Source: Candidatus Heimdallarchaeota archaeon
GTDB taxonomy: Archaea > Asgardarchaeota > Heimdallarchaeia > Heimdallarchaeales > Heimdallarchaeaceae
DNA length: 64,000 bases
Assembly: GCA_030603365.1 (NCBI GenBank)
Contig: JAUVXV010000013.1
Span: 32,001-96,000, forward strand
Reading direction: 5' to 3'
Under the pieces are notes generated by a model, which saw nothing but the letters and a program-made list of their open reading frames with translations, had not been told where the DNA came from and did not search any database. Shown here piece by piece: positions 39,345 to 50,099 of this stretch (position 1 is its first letter; the number at the start of each line of letters is the position of its first letter). Made by a program: the position numbers and the translations under genes.

Positions 39345-40101
39345 AACAGAACATTCTGCAATCAAAGATCTTGAGGTTCTGGATTTTAAAGAAGCAATAT
39401 GGTTAACTCATTGGTATCCTCAAATTTGTCAATTTTTGGGAATTGATCCTAAAGAAGATAAAGATGCTTTACTGAATGCTTTAGCAATAACTTCCAGTAA
39501 TATTACTCCAGATGTTCTGAAGCAATTAATGCTAGATAAAAGCGTTTTTGCAATAGCTCCTGGAATTTATCTTGAAGATGAACTGGATGAATATCTTAAA
39601 CGATATAATCGAAAAGAAGATATTCTGATATCAGCTGATGGAGCTACTTCCTATTTAATTTCTCAAAATATCATACCCCATATTATAGTAACCGACCTCG
39701 ATGGTAATGTAGAAGACCAATTAACTGCCCAGAAGAAAGGATCGATTCTTCTGATACATGTTCATGGGGATAATTATCATAAAATTCAGAAATACTTTGA
39801 AGATATCTCAAATGGAAGATTTTTATTAACTACTCAAATCCAACCTTTGCCAGGATCTTTTAATTTCTATGGTTTTACAGATGGCGATAGAATAGTGTGT
39901 CTCTCAACAGTGATGTCAGCTAAGGAGATATTTCTCATAGGTTATGATTTTGGTTCTGAGATAGGAAAGTATTCAAAGGATGGTTCAATTGATGATGAAC
40001 TCAAAGCTAGAAAAATGAAAAAATTTATTATAGGAAAATCAGTAATAAACTGGTGTTCTAATACTGGTCAATCTATCTCATTTCTAATAAATCGTGAGTA
40101 A
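39334..40101 (+). CDS. mptE: 6-hydroxymethyl-7,8-dihydropterin pyrophosphokinase (archaeal MptE)
   Basis: WYPQICQFLGIDPKED, ISADGAT, IVTDLDG, HVHGDN, GFTDGDR, LIGYDF. Confidence 0.82.
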   Translation: MIFKTEHSAIKDLEVLDFKEAIWLTHWYPQICQFLGIDPKEDKDALLNALAITSSNITPDVLKQLMLDKSVFAIAPGIYLEDELDEYLKRYNRKEDILISADGATSYLISQNIIPHIIVTDLDGNVEDQLTAQKKGSILLIHVHGDNYHKIQKYFEDISNGRFLLTTQIQPLPGSFNFYGFTDGDRIVCLSTVMSAKEIFLIGYDFGSEIGKYSKDGSIDDELKARKMKKFIIGKSVINWCSNTGQSISFLINRE

Positions 40102-40104
40102 TTT

Positions 40105-40596
40105 TTATCCATGAACTGGAAATAATTCTGTTGTTACTCCCTGACCATCATATTCATACACAGTCACTGTAACTTGGCTAATGTTTTCTTGCTTTATTTC
40201 CTCATTCTTAGCCAACATTTTCACGAAATAATGACTCAATTCTTCTACAGTAGTATTTTCAATTGGTAAGATAACAACATCAGATTTAGGGAACTCATAT
40301 TCTTTGTCAATATGTGGTATATTAACAATAAGTTGATCTCCTTTCTCAGTAATGGTCATCAAGTGGTTTTTAGAAGGTATGAGAACTACATGATCAAGAG
40401 TGTCAACAATGGGCTTCATAATACGTTTTATTGTATGGAAATTGATTACCATATTATCTTTACCCTGAGTTCCATAAACGTTTACTAAAATTCTATAATT
40501 ATGACCATGAAGAGGTTCATTAAAATTTTCTCCAATTACAAAGTGTGCACATGAAAAAGTTAGATAATCCCTATCCAAGAACAAATCATAAGTCAT
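40105..40596 (-). CDS. 6-pyruvoyl-tetrahydropterin synthase-family protein with PTPS-III-type ExxHGH motif
   Basis: FSCAHF, NEPLHGHNY, LDH, NTTVEEL, VYE. Confidence 0.85.
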   Translation of the reverse strand: MTYDLFLDRDYLTFSCAHFVIGENFNEPLHGHNYRILVNVYGTQGKDNMVINFHTIKRIMKPIVDTLDHVVLIPSKNHLMTITEKGDQLIVNIPHIDKEYEFPKSDVVILPIENTTVEELSHYFVKMLAKNEEIKQENISQVTVTVYEYDGQGVTTELFPVHG

Positions 40597-40647
40597 TATC
40601 TTAGTACTAATCCATTTTAATAAAAATCCTTCTTTTGAACATACTAA

Positions 40648-41583
40648 TTACTCACTACTGTCAAGAACAAAGGATTCTAGCTCTTGTATACCTAGATCTA
40701 TATCAACTAGATATACTAGAAAGTCAGATAGTAAAGCAGCATATTCATTTCTTAGTTCTTTTCCTAAGCTTATTAGGTCATCAAAATTATTTATGTCATC
40801 AAGACCCCAAGAAAGAACATCACAGAGTTTTCCTATTTCGTCTTCCGTAAGAACATCTTCTGTTGCCTTTTCAAGCATTTTGATCTGGGAAAGGATTTTT
40901 TCTGAGCTTGATGATTCGTCTTCATAGATAGATACGAGAGGAATGATACAAATGTCTAGCAATTCATGCAAAGTCATCTGAGCTTTATCTCCTAAATCAA
41001 TAGCTTGGTAAGATAAATCTGTAATCTGACTGATTAATTCTTTCTGTGTCTGTTGGTTATCACCTTCAGAAACAACTGCTTTGTGAAGATTTGTATACTC
41101 ATCTTGTTTACTTAAAACAAGTTTTAGATTTTCTCTGAGATTCTCCTCAGCAGTAGATTCTGGAGAAGTTCGATAATAGATGTTTTGCCAGTTATTATTG
41201 ACCAGTTCTTTAAGGTAGATTAATTCACTCCCTCTAACTAAGATGCTTTCGATTTTCTGAATAATGATTTCCCGTTCATTCATTCCTTTTAGATAAGCTC
41301 TTTCTACTTCTTCTTCAAATTCTGTTTTGGTTCTTCCTCCAGAACGAAGGTAGTCTACTATTGAGCTCTGATAAAATGTTCGTGCAAGCATAGACATAGC
41401 CGACAATAATGACGTTCTTAATGTATAAAGACTGTCCTCATTTGAACTAAGAAAGCGATCAATAGAGGATAGGATACTATTCATTAATGTGTAAATGTGT
41501 CGGAGTGTCCTGTAATTCAATCTGTCAAGGAATTTTCCTAAAACAGTCTGCCTCTCCAGAACCGCCTCTATATCTTCTTGCAT
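40648..41583 (-). CDS. Hypothetical alpha-helical protein
   Basis: 311-aa ORF, L/E-rich, no recognised motif. Confidence 0.65.
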   Translation of the reverse strand: MQEDIEAVLERQTVLGKFLDRLNYRTLRHIYTLMNSILSSIDRFLSSNEDSLYTLRTSLLSAMSMLARTFYQSSIVDYLRSGGRTKTEFEEEVERAYLKGMNEREIIIQKIESILVRGSELIYLKELVNNNWQNIYYRTSPESTAEENLRENLKLVLSKQDEYTNLHKAVVSEGDNQQTQKELISQITDLSYQAIDLGDKAQMTLHELLDICIIPLVSIYEDESSSSEKILSQIKMLEKATEDVLTEDEIGKLCDVLSWGLDDINNFDDLISLGKELRNEYAALLSDFLVYLVDIDLGIQELESFVLDSSE

Positions 41584-41741
41584 TAGTGAATATGTGATGG
41601 TGACACTTAAATAAAAGCCTTATCTTTTGGAAGAAGCGAATTTAAGGACATTTAAGTGAATAATCTTAATTTCCTTCTATAGAATTTAAATTATGTCTGA
41701 TAGAATGAGAAAAAAATGAAGAGAAACATATTTTTACATTA

Positions 41742-42254
41742 TTACCCATACAATTGGTAATCATGCACATTTAATTTGGCTTTTATTTCCTCATCTGGCT
41801 TATAAGCGAGTAATGAGAATTCTTGTTTTTCAGTAAGATTTTCAACAATGAACTGACTAAGACCTGAAATTTCATCTTTAGTAATATTATCCAAAGCAAT
41901 AAATCTAGATTCAGAAGTTTCATTGGTTCTGGATATGGGTTCTCCTCCTTTGTATTCAAGTCTGAAAACAATGTAGAGGTCTGAAATTAACCCTTTCTTC
42001 TTTTTCTCATTAGTCATATGTCTAATAGCTAAGATACTAGATGCTCTTGCTTCTACACCAGTTTCTTCATAAATTTCCCGTTCAATGGCTTTAGATAGCG
42101 ATTCTCCAAGCTCAACATAGCCTCCAGGAAGAGTCCATTTGCCTTGACTTACACCATAGGTGTGTTTAACAAACAGAATTTTCCCGTCCTTAATACAAAA
42201 TCCTCCTACTCCAACTTTGTGAAGACTATGCCTTGATACATAATCACTGTGCAT
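41742..42254 (-). CDS. NUDIX hydrolase
   Basis: Nudix box WTLPGGYVELGESLSKAIEREIYEETG. Confidence 0.92.
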   Translation of the reverse strand: MHSDYVSRHSLHKVGVGGFCIKDGKILFVKHTYGVSQGKWTLPGGYVELGESLSKAIEREIYEETGVEARASSILAIRHMTNEKKKKGLISDLYIVFRLEYKGGEPISRTNETSESRFIALDNITKDEISGLSQFIVENLTEKQEFSLLAYKPDEEIKAKLNVHDYQLYG

Positions 42255-42347
42255 GATTTACATTACAATTTCCTTCTAAAAAATCTTAGGTTTGAAATGT
42301 TAAAAGATAAACTACATACTTTACTATTTGTAGAGTTTCAAGAAAAC

Positions 42348-44267
42348 AAAAAAGAAAAAGAAAAAGAGAATTAAAACTTATTTTCTTCTGCGATAGAATG
42401 CAATTGCAGATGCAGCACCGATAGCAGCAATTATACCAAACAATGGGAGTGGTGACTCGGTAGTTTGTTGAGGTTCTGTTGGAGTAGATACCTCTGGAGT
42501 AGTTTCCGGTGGTAAATCTGGTACAGGATAACCTGCAGCACCTAACCATTCAAAAGCGGAACGGATATCATAATTGTATTTTATGATGTCGTTGTAGTAA
42601 TAGAACGCTGTGTATGGATACAGAACGCTGTGAGCAACAAGATATTCTCCATCATGAAGAACCTGATTCATCTCAGCTCTGTCGATAGCATAATTCATCG
42701 CTTTACGTACTGCTATACCTACTGTATATTCTTCTTTACCAACAGTGTCAAGATAAACGAAGTTATCTGCACCGCCAACAAAAGGACGACGTAGGTTGTA
42801 GAACATATAACTGAAACCTGCTGCAATAAATGTTTGCACATTAAATCTTGGATCTGCTTGCATTTGTTTTCTTTCTGCTGGGAATGCTGTTAAACCAGTC
42901 CAATCCAATTTTCCTGCTTTGAATTCTGCTAATTCAGCAGAGGAATCAGGAATAACACGAATGATAAATGAATCGAAGTCTAAATCTTGAGAAGTTCCAT
43001 CTATTACTCCTATACCTAACCAGAATGGGCTCTTTTGTAGAACTGTTACTGAGTTTCTGATGTAGTAATCTAACATATACTTGCCACAGCCAAATGCAGA
43101 GGTACTGAATGTAACCCATTGTTCGGTATTAAGCATATCAGCGTATATACCAACACATTCAACCCCACCATCAGTATATGATACGGTTGGGTCGGTTGAG
43201 TTCAAGAAGAATTCTGGCATAATATTCCATGGGAGTCTTGCCCAAAAGTCTACATAATGCTCAATTTCAGGAGTGTCTGGATTACCATCTATATGAACGT
43301 GGAAAGCTAATTCATTTACTGGATCTACATAACATTCTGATATCCAATCATGATAAGTTGTACTTTCACTAGTAATTGGGTTTGACCAAACTAGATAGGT
43401 AAATACGGCATCTTTAGCAGTAACTTGTTGGTTAGTACCATCGCTGTATTCTCCAAATTTCAAGCCTTGCATCAATTCACCAGTTGGTATAGCACTTAAA
43501 GGATCAGAGTTTGCTGTTCTTCCAGTGACGTTGTAGGATGGGTTCCAATAGACATCATCTCTCAAATAGAATTTGAAGTGGAATTCGTCAATTTGTTCCC
43601 AATCATAAACCAAACCAGTTTTTAGAGGTGCAAGATCTGGACTATATGTCATGATATTTTCAGCCATTAAATTCCAGATGAATGAACTTGATGTATCATC
43701 TGTGAACAATGGGTTGAGTTCTCTCCAGTTTGCATCTGCAAGATTGAATTCGGTAAGTGATACTTGACCTTCATGATAGCCATCATAGTACATGTAAGGT
43801 AAGGAATCAACTATTCCCCATCTGCCTTCATATCCCTCAGTATTTGCCCATGTTGCTACATAGGATCTGGGGGCATAAAGAGGCAGTATTGGTACAATCT
43901 TGTCCATCATCAGCTGTTGCCAGTCGTAATAATGTTGTTGTCTGGCATCAACATCAGTTATTGTTACACCGATATCTTGCATAATTTCAGATTGATTACA
44001 ATATGGTATATCTGGACCTAGTTGATAACAATTCAGTGAACCGTCTTCGGTATATATGTCTCTCATATCTGGAGAAGCTCCTCCTCCTGATAAACCGACT
44101 ACACCGATGTCGTAATCGTGTGTCAGAATCAATGTTCCTACGAATACGGACCATTCTTCAACCTTTACTTCTACTTCTATACCTATATCACGTAGATATT
44201 GTGCAATGAACAGGCCGTAATCAGGTCTTACGCCACCACCGTTAGTCTTGAAGACTAAGTTTGCGAT
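42348..44267 (-). repeat. Right arm of ~1.9-kb inverted repeat (partner 33246-35165)
   Basis: Reverse complement matches the left arm over the mature coding region and terminator. Confidence 0.9.
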
Positions 44268-44366
44268 GGGCTCAACACCTTGAACCATAAAAGAAGAATT
44301 ACTTCCACTCATTACAAGAAGATTTGCTAGGATGAAGATTGTAAAATATATTGCTTTTTTTTTCAT
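42378..44366 (-). CDS. ABC-type peptide/nickel solute-binding protein (family 5), circularly permuted; copy 2
   Basis: Near-identical to 33135-35135 except the signal peptide. Likely start MKKKAIYF at 44366. Confidence 0.88.
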   Translation of the reverse strand: MKKKAIYFTIFILANLLVMSGSNSSFMVQGVEPIANLVFKTNGGGVRPDYGLFIAQYLRDIGIEVEVKVEEWSVFVGTLILTHDYDIGVVGLSGGGASPDMRDIYTEDGSLNCYQLGPDIPYCNQSEIMQDIGVTITDVDARQQHYYDWQQLMMDKIVPILPLYAPRSYVATWANTEGYEGRWGIVDSLPYMYYDGYHEGQVSLTEFNLADANWRELNPLFTDDTSSSFIWNLMAENIMTYSPDLAPLKTGLVYDWEQIDEFHFKFYLRDDVYWNPSYNVTGRTANSDPLSAIPTGELMQGLKFGEYSDGTNQQVTAKDAVFTYLVWSNPITSESTTYHDWISECYVDPVNELAFHVHIDGNPDTPEIEHYVDFWARLPWNIMPEFFLNSTDPTVSYTDGGVECVGIYADMLNTEQWVTFSTSAFGCGKYMLDYYIRNSVTVLQKSPFWLGIGVIDGTSQDLDFDSFIIRVIPDSSAELAEFKAGKLDWTGLTAFPAERKQMQADPRFNVQTFIAAGFSYMFYNLRRPFVGGADNFVYLDTVGKEEYTVGIAVRKAMNYAIDRAEMNQVLHDGEYLVAHSVLYPYTAFYYYNDIIKYNYDIRSAFEWLGAAGYPVPDLPPETTPEVSTPTEPQQTTESPLPLFGIIAAIGAASAIAFYRRRK

Positions 44367-45001
44367 ATAAGCTCGCCTAACTATTCTTTTATTATGTGAA
44401 TATTTTCTCACACTATGAGACTGACCTTTGAGGCCTTTATTATTATTTTGGTCACTTTTCGCTAGAACCCCCGAAACATTAATAAGTGCATGTTTCGCTC
44501 GACGCGTATTTTTTAAAATTTGTAGTAATCATCTCAAGCATTCTATTTGATGGAAAGCTGTTCTTTGATGGCTATTGACGGAAAATAGAGTTCCTTTTAG
44601 GAGCACTCAACTACTTTTCAACTGATCTACATAAGTGTCTTTCAAGCCATTTAATTATGTCCACTGATTCCAGAAAGAGTAATTTGAGACGAGAGGGGAA
44701 AGTAATCTTGTTTCCAATTTTAGTTTTTGTTACTGTTACTTACATCTTTAGTGATGGTCATTCTCCGATATATAAAAGACAGAAAGGGTAAAAAAGATGA
44801 TATCTTTGAAATAGAATTTTACCCTTCAAATGGTAATGATGTTGTCTTCTCCCCTGACAGATGATGCTTACATATAAGGAATTTTTTTAGAACTGGTGTC
44901 TTTGCTTTTTTTCTTTCCCTAGAGATTATTAATAAAACCCGTCATAAGTTACATAAAGATTAATTATCTCCTAATACCAAGTGATTTTGGAATAAACAAG
45001 G

Positions 45002-46027
45002 ATGAAACAATTGAACATACTTAAGACGATGAAGAATAAACATTCTTTCACGGTCTTACAAGCATTTTTTGTCACTATTTTGTGGTCTTCATCATGGCCC
45101 ATTATAAAATTCGGTTTGAAGGAGATGCCTCCTTTAATTTTTGCTGGTATGAGATATGTTATAGCTTCCTTTCTTCTTCTAGTATATGTTTTATTTCAAC
45201 CTAAGTATAGAAAAGAAGTTAGAAGTTTGACTAAACGATGGTGGTTGAGATTGATACTTTATGGTTTAGTCTTTTACACAATTACTCAAGGTGCTCAATT
45301 TCTTGGTTTACTTTATTTAAACGCTATAACCGTAAGTCTTGTTCTAAGTTTCACACCGATTCTAGTACTGATTTTTGCTAATTTTCTACTAAAAGAAAAA
45401 ACAGATCTGATTCAAATATTACTTGTAGTATTAGCTATTATCGGAGCTTTGCTGTATTTTCTATTAAATCCAGAATTAACTGCCAGTTCGTGGGTAATAG
45501 TCTCTGGTACGCAACAGTATCTTTTACCTAGCACTACAATAATTGCTACATCTTGGAAGATCATAGGATTAATTATAGTGATTATAGGGGTTCTAGCAAA
45601 TGCTTTTTCAGCAATTATTGGAAGATCAATAAATCAAGCTAAAGAAGTAAGTACCGTTGTAATAACATCTATTAGCATGTTCATAGGTTCATTTGTCCTA
45701 CTAATAGCAGGTTTAATAATTGAAGATATTCCCCAATTTTCTATCATATCAATAGGTTACATTCTTTTTCTTAGCATTGTTAACACAGCATTTGCTTTTA
45801 CATTGTGGAATTATGTTATGCAGAAGCTTAAAGCTCTTGAAATTTCGTTAATCAATAATACAATGCTTTTTCAAATTACTATATTAGCTGTAATTTTCTT
45901 AGGAGAACTTCCAAATACTATTCAGTGGATAGGTTTGATCATAGTTACACTTGTTGGTCTCCTGCTTCCTATATTTGAGGCTAGAAAGAAAAAAGTAAAA
46001 GATGAACTCTCAAATAAAGAAACTTGA
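45002..46027 (+). CDS. DMT/EamA family transporter
   Basis: LWSSSWPIIKFGL, PPLIFAGMRY, NTAFAFTLWNY. About 10 TMs. Confidence 0.9.
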   Translation: MKQLNILKTMKNKHSFTVLQAFFVTILWSSSWPIIKFGLKEMPPLIFAGMRYVIASFLLLVYVLFQPKYRKEVRSLTKRWWLRLILYGLVFYTITQGAQFLGLLYLNAITVSLVLSFTPILVLIFANFLLKEKTDLIQILLVVLAIIGALLYFLLNPELTASSWVIVSGTQQYLLPSTTIIATSWKIIGLIIVIIGVLANAFSAIIGRSINQAKEVSTVVITSISMFIGSFVLLIAGLIIEDIPQFSIISIGYILFLSIVNTAFAFTLWNYVMQKLKALEISLINNTMLFQITILAVIFLGELPNTIQWIGLIIVTLVGLLLPIFEARKKKVKDELSNKET

Positions 46028-46732
46028 ATTGGTATATCCCTCGATGATTCTTAGTTCCGCTCTTCTGATTCTCTCCTGCATAGCAACTCGTTTTATACCA
46101 AGCTCAGCAGAAATTTCCTCAAGTGTACATCTGCGAGGAACTTCATAGTAACCCTTTTTGAGAGCTAATTGAAATGCTGCATATTGCTTATCCGTTAATA
46201 AATCTTGAATAGTTTCTGTAGGTCTCGAAGATAAGGCTTTCAATTGAATTGAAGTAAATCTATTTTGCAGTTTTTCTTGTAAATCCCGGAACGAATTAGG
46301 TGTTGGAGATAGAATGTTATGATATTGGACACCATTTTCAATCACAATAGGTAATATTGTCATACTTCCACTTTCAAGAATAGTATCATGGATTGACGGA
46401 TAATCAAGCTTATGAACAACTCTTGTCCAGAATCTGTTCTTACTTCTATGAGTAACTTTGATATCTTTAATTTGAGGTGACTTTTGCATAAGTTGCACAT
46501 AGTCTTCTAAAGTTTCTGTCTTATTATCAAGCGCTTCGTAAAAACCCAAACCTTCTGAACCATTTATCGCTAGAATTGATACTCTAACAGGTATTTTCTG
46601 TGTAAGCTCACAAGAGTAATAATCTTTCGAGCTAATTGCAATTTTACTCCTAATCACAAATAATAAGTATACTAACTTATTAAAAAAATAATTGGAAAAG
46701 AAAGAACTAGTTCTTTCTCTTTCTATAAACAA
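46010..46732 (-). CDS. Bacterio-opsin activator-type (HTH_10) transcriptional regulator (true start probably ~46660)
   Basis: LTDKQYAAFQLALKKGYYEVPRRCTLEEISAELGI...RRAE. Confidence 0.88.
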   Translation of the reverse strand: MFIERERTSSFFSNYFFNKLVYLLFVIRSKIAISSKDYYSCELTQKIPVRVSILAINGSEGLGFYEALDNKTETLEDYVQLMQKSPQIKDIKVTHRSKNRFWTRVVHKLDYPSIHDTILESGSMTILPIVIENGVQYHNILSPTPNSFRDLQEKLQNRFTSIQLKALSSRPTETIQDLLTDKQYAAFQLALKKGYYEVPRRCTLEEISAELGIKRVAMQERIRRAELRIIEGYTNSSFFI

Positions 46733-47600
46733 CTAATCCTATTATAAACAATCCAAACAATGAAAAGGCCCAATTGAATGGAGCACCCACTGGAACGCTT
46801 GTACTCTCTATATGTAACTTGACAATATCGTCGTCTATATCAAGCGAACCATCAATTTCTCTTTCATAATGTTCTGAAAAATCATAGTTAATGTAAGAAA
46901 GTATTCCTGTATCAACATTAAAACGAATTTCTATTTTTTCTATTGTTTTGGTTAGTTCCTTTTGCCAAGGTTCTACTAGGTTTTCGACTTTCTCATCAAT
47001 ATTACGTTCTACCTTCAATGTCCAGGATTTTGAAGTTAGTTTTGAAGATTGTATAATTCTAGTTTTTGTATATTCATAGGTATCGTAGGTTTCACTTTCT
47101 TCCGTTTTGTCTACAGAAATTTGCTGAAAATTATTCTGAAGAATTTCAAAGAAATTGTAAGATCCTGTTTGATTTTCATATGTGGTAGGTTGAATGAAGA
47201 AATCTATATCTATATCTAAATCCTCAAAATCTAACCAATCCAATCTAATCAAACCTATTTCATCAGTTATATTGGTTTTAAATTCATCATTTAGATAGAA
47301 TTCAGCCCAAATGTTGTCTTCTTCCAATAACTCCGAAGGTGTTCCATTGGTTACATTATTCACATTCTGTATAATTTTTACAGAAATGGTGTCCCCTTGA
47401 TCTAATCTGTCATCACCGAAATCTAGGTATGGTGTGTCGATTGTCCCACTTACTACGAGTTCTAGGACTTCCCAATCATAAGTTGCATCTACAGTTAATT
47501 CATCAGGGTATGAATAATCTTGACTGTTTACAAGATAAATTCCTGATGAAATAAACAACAATACCAATGTTACAAAAAATTTTATTTTTATTCTTTTCAT
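46707..47600 (-). CDS. Secreted acidic protein with C-terminal sorting/anchor signal
   Basis: Signal peptide and tail APFNWAFSLFGLFIIGLVVYRKRKN. Confidence 0.75.
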   Translation of the reverse strand: MKRIKIKFFVTLVLLFISSGIYLVNSQDYSYPDELTVDATYDWEVLELVVSGTIDTPYLDFGDDRLDQGDTISVKIIQNVNNVTNGTPSELLEEDNIWAEFYLNDEFKTNITDEIGLIRLDWLDFEDLDIDIDFFIQPTTYENQTGSYNFFEILQNNFQQISVDKTEESETYDTYEYTKTRIIQSSKLTSKSWTLKVERNIDEKVENLVEPWQKELTKTIEKIEIRFNVDTGILSYINYDFSEHYEREIDGSLDIDDDIVKLHIESTSVPVGAPFNWAFSLFGLFIIGLVVYRKRKN

Positions 47601-47655
47601 ATAAACTCACTTAATTCCTTTTAGATAATAAAATGTACTATTCAGAAATAAACTT

Positions 47656-48846
47656 TTGCGTTTCTTAATGAAAACAGTTAAAGATTCATACTTATTTACA
47701 ACAGTTGCAATAAAATTTTTATTAAGGGTAATTATATTGGCATATTGTAGTGTGGGATTAATGATAGGTTATAGATTCTTCAAATGGCTGAAATTATTAT
47801 TCTTCAATGGTTTCAATATCCGCTTGAAACACGTTCCTAAGGTCATGACAATTACTTTTATCAATTTTCTATTATATCCATTTGTTCTTAATGAACACTT
47901 TAAAGATAGAAGACGAATTAAACAAACTCAGATACTAAAAGATCCTATCTTTATTGTTGGTCATTGGAGAACTGGAACAACTCACTTACACAAAATGTTG
48001 GCATTAGATAAGCAATTTGACTTCATTTCTTTAACTGAAACTGCTTTTCCTCATTTAATCTTGGGGCAATCTAAGATACTTAACAGATTAATGAGACCCT
48101 TTATTGTTAAGAACAGACCTACAGATAATGTTGAAATGTTTCCTGAAATGCCGCATGAGCACGAATTTGCCTTAATGGTCTTATGTTCTCACTCACCAAT
48201 CCTAGGGATAGCATTTCCTGATAAATTTAATTATTACAGAAAATTCACTACTTTCGAAAATGTCGGTCCACGAAAAATCATTGAGTGGAAGAAACAGTTT
48301 ATGTTTCTGGTTAAAACTCTTACAATTAAGTCTGAAGGGAAACAATTGGTTCTAAAAAATCCTTTAGATACTTTTAGGATTAAATTAATTTTAGAACTCT
48401 TTCCAAACGCGAAATTTATTCACTTGTATCGAAATCCTTACGATGTGTTCTATTCTTCTTTGAAACTTCATAGACATAATGCTGAGATATATGCTTTGCA
48501 AAGACCAACTTATGATTTGTATCAAGTAGTTTTGGATAATTTTGTAGAGATGTACGATAATTTCTATGAAGAAATACAACATATTCCAGAAGGAAATTTT
48601 GTTGAAATAAAATTCGAAGATCTTGCTCAAAATTCAATTTTAGAACTAAAGAAAATCTATGATTCTTTATCTCTCAAGAATTTTGATAAAGCAGAATCTA
48701 GATTTCAACAATATCTTGATTCTGTGTCTGGTTACAAACCAAGCAATTATGATGTGAAATCAGAAGATAAGAAAAGAATCTACTCTCATTGGCACAAAAC
48801 AATAAAAAAATGGGGATATGAAAAAACTCCACAAAAAATCTCTTAG
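47656..48846 (+). CDS. PAPS-dependent sulfotransferase (true start probably downstream)
   Basis: 5'-PSB PIFIVGHWRTGTTHLH, LVLKNP, 3'-PB KFIHLYRNPYDVFYS. Confidence 0.88.
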   Translation: MRFLMKTVKDSYLFTTVAIKFLLRVIILAYCSVGLMIGYRFFKWLKLLFFNGFNIRLKHVPKVMTITFINFLLYPFVLNEHFKDRRRIKQTQILKDPIFIVGHWRTGTTHLHKMLALDKQFDFISLTETAFPHLILGQSKILNRLMRPFIVKNRPTDNVEMFPEMPHEHEFALMVLCSHSPILGIAFPDKFNYYRKFTTFENVGPRKIIEWKKQFMFLVKTLTIKSEGKQLVLKNPLDTFRIKLILELFPNAKFIHLYRNPYDVFYSSLKLHRHNAEIYALQRPTYDLYQVVLDNFVEMYDNFYEEIQHIPEGNFVEIKFEDLAQNSILELKKIYDSLSLKNFDKAESRFQQYLDSVSGYKPSNYDVKSEDKKRIYSHWHKTIKKWGYEKTPQKIS

Positions 48847-48869
48847 ATTCTTTGGGAGTGTTAAACATG

Positions 48870-50099
48870 CTATACTGATTGAGATTTTTCTTTCTCTTCT
48901 CTAACAATTTTTATGAACTCAGGAATGATTTCTAACATATCTCCAACTATCCCAAAATCTGCTACATCAAATATTACTGCTTCAGGATCTTTGTTAATTG
49001 CTATAACTGTATCAGCTGATGTCATACCTACAAGATGCTGAATAGCACCCGAAATACCTAGAGCAAAATATAGTGTGGGTGAAACTGTTTTACCTGATTG
49101 ACCAACTTGTTGAGGATGGGGAAGCCAACCTAAATCGATTAAAGCTCTTGAACCTGAAACAGTCCCATCTATTACTTCTGCCATTTCTTGTATAATTTGT
49201 AGATTTTCTTTACTTCCTATTCCTCTTCCAGCTGAAACCAAAATATTTGCTTCTTCGATATCTAAACCTTCATCTTGAGAAATAATCTCTTCAATAATCT
49301 TAGTTCTAATGCTGATTTTTTCTAGAATAACATCAACATCTTCAATAATTCCTGTTTTAGTTGCGTCTGGTTTTGGTTTAGAGAACACTCCAGGACGAAC
49401 AGTTGACATTTGTGGTCTAGTATAAGGTGAAAGAATTGAAGCCATGATATTACCACCAAAAGCAGGACGAGTTTGAACAAGTTGTCTTGAACGGTTAATA
49501 TCTAATCCTGTACAGTCTGCAGTAAGACCTAAAGCAAGACGGGCTGCAATACGAGGGGCAAGATCTCTTCCATTTGGTGTAGCTCCATAAAGAACAATCG
49601 ATGGTTTTTCAGCAGCAATTACACTAGAAATAACATTTGTGTATCCATCTGTTGAATAGTCTTCTAGTAATTCGTGCTCACAAAGATATACTTTATCTGC
49701 TCCATGTTGGAATAAAATAGGAATTAAATGCTTAACATCTTTTCCTAATAAAATTACAGCTAATGATTCTCTTAATTTATTTGCTAACTCTTTTCCCTTT
49801 CCTAAGAGTTCTAGAGCAACATTCTTGATTTCAATAGCTTCTCCTTTTCTTTCCCATTCTCCCCAAATAAAGACATTCTTAAACAAAGCGATTTCATCTT
49901 CTGAAATGGCTTTTCTTTCAATACTCAGAGCATCTACAGGACAGGCATTTACACAAGTTCCACAAAGAGTACAATTGTCTAAAACTTCTGCTTTCTTTGT
50001 TTCTGGTCCAACAACGATTGCACCAAAAGGACAGACTTTTTCACAGATTTTACAACCAATACATGTTTCTATATCTACTATTAACATTCCATCACACAC
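48870..50099 (-). CDS. etfA: Electron transfer flavoprotein alpha subunit with N-terminal 2x[4Fe-4S] ferredoxin domain
   Basis: [12 protein letters not shown] and [43 protein letters not shown]. Likely start 50087. Confidence 0.93.
   Translation of the reverse strand: MCDGMLIVDIETCIGCKICEKVCPFGAIVVGPETKKAEVLDNCTLCGTCVNACPVDALSIERKAISEDEIALFKNVFIWGEWERKGEAIEIKNVALELLGKGKELANKLRESLAVILLGKDVKHLIPILFQHGADKVYLCEHELLEDYSTDGYTNVISSVIAAEKPSIVLYGATPNGRDLAPRIAARLALGLTADCTGLDINRSRQLVQTRPAFGGNIMASILSPYTRPQMSTVRPGVFSKPKPDATKTGIIEDVDVILEKISIRTKIIEEIISQDEGLDIEEANILVSAGRGIGSKENLQIIQEMAEVIDGTVSGSRALIDLGWLPHPQQVGQSGKTVSPTLYFALGISGAIQHLVGMTSADTVIAINKDPEAVIFDVADFGIVGDMLEIIPEFIKIVREEKEKSQSV

Noticed and set aside
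40105-40596. Assigning gene symbol queD
   Set aside because: It lacks the catalytic Cys of CxxxHGH. The motif is the ExxHGH type.
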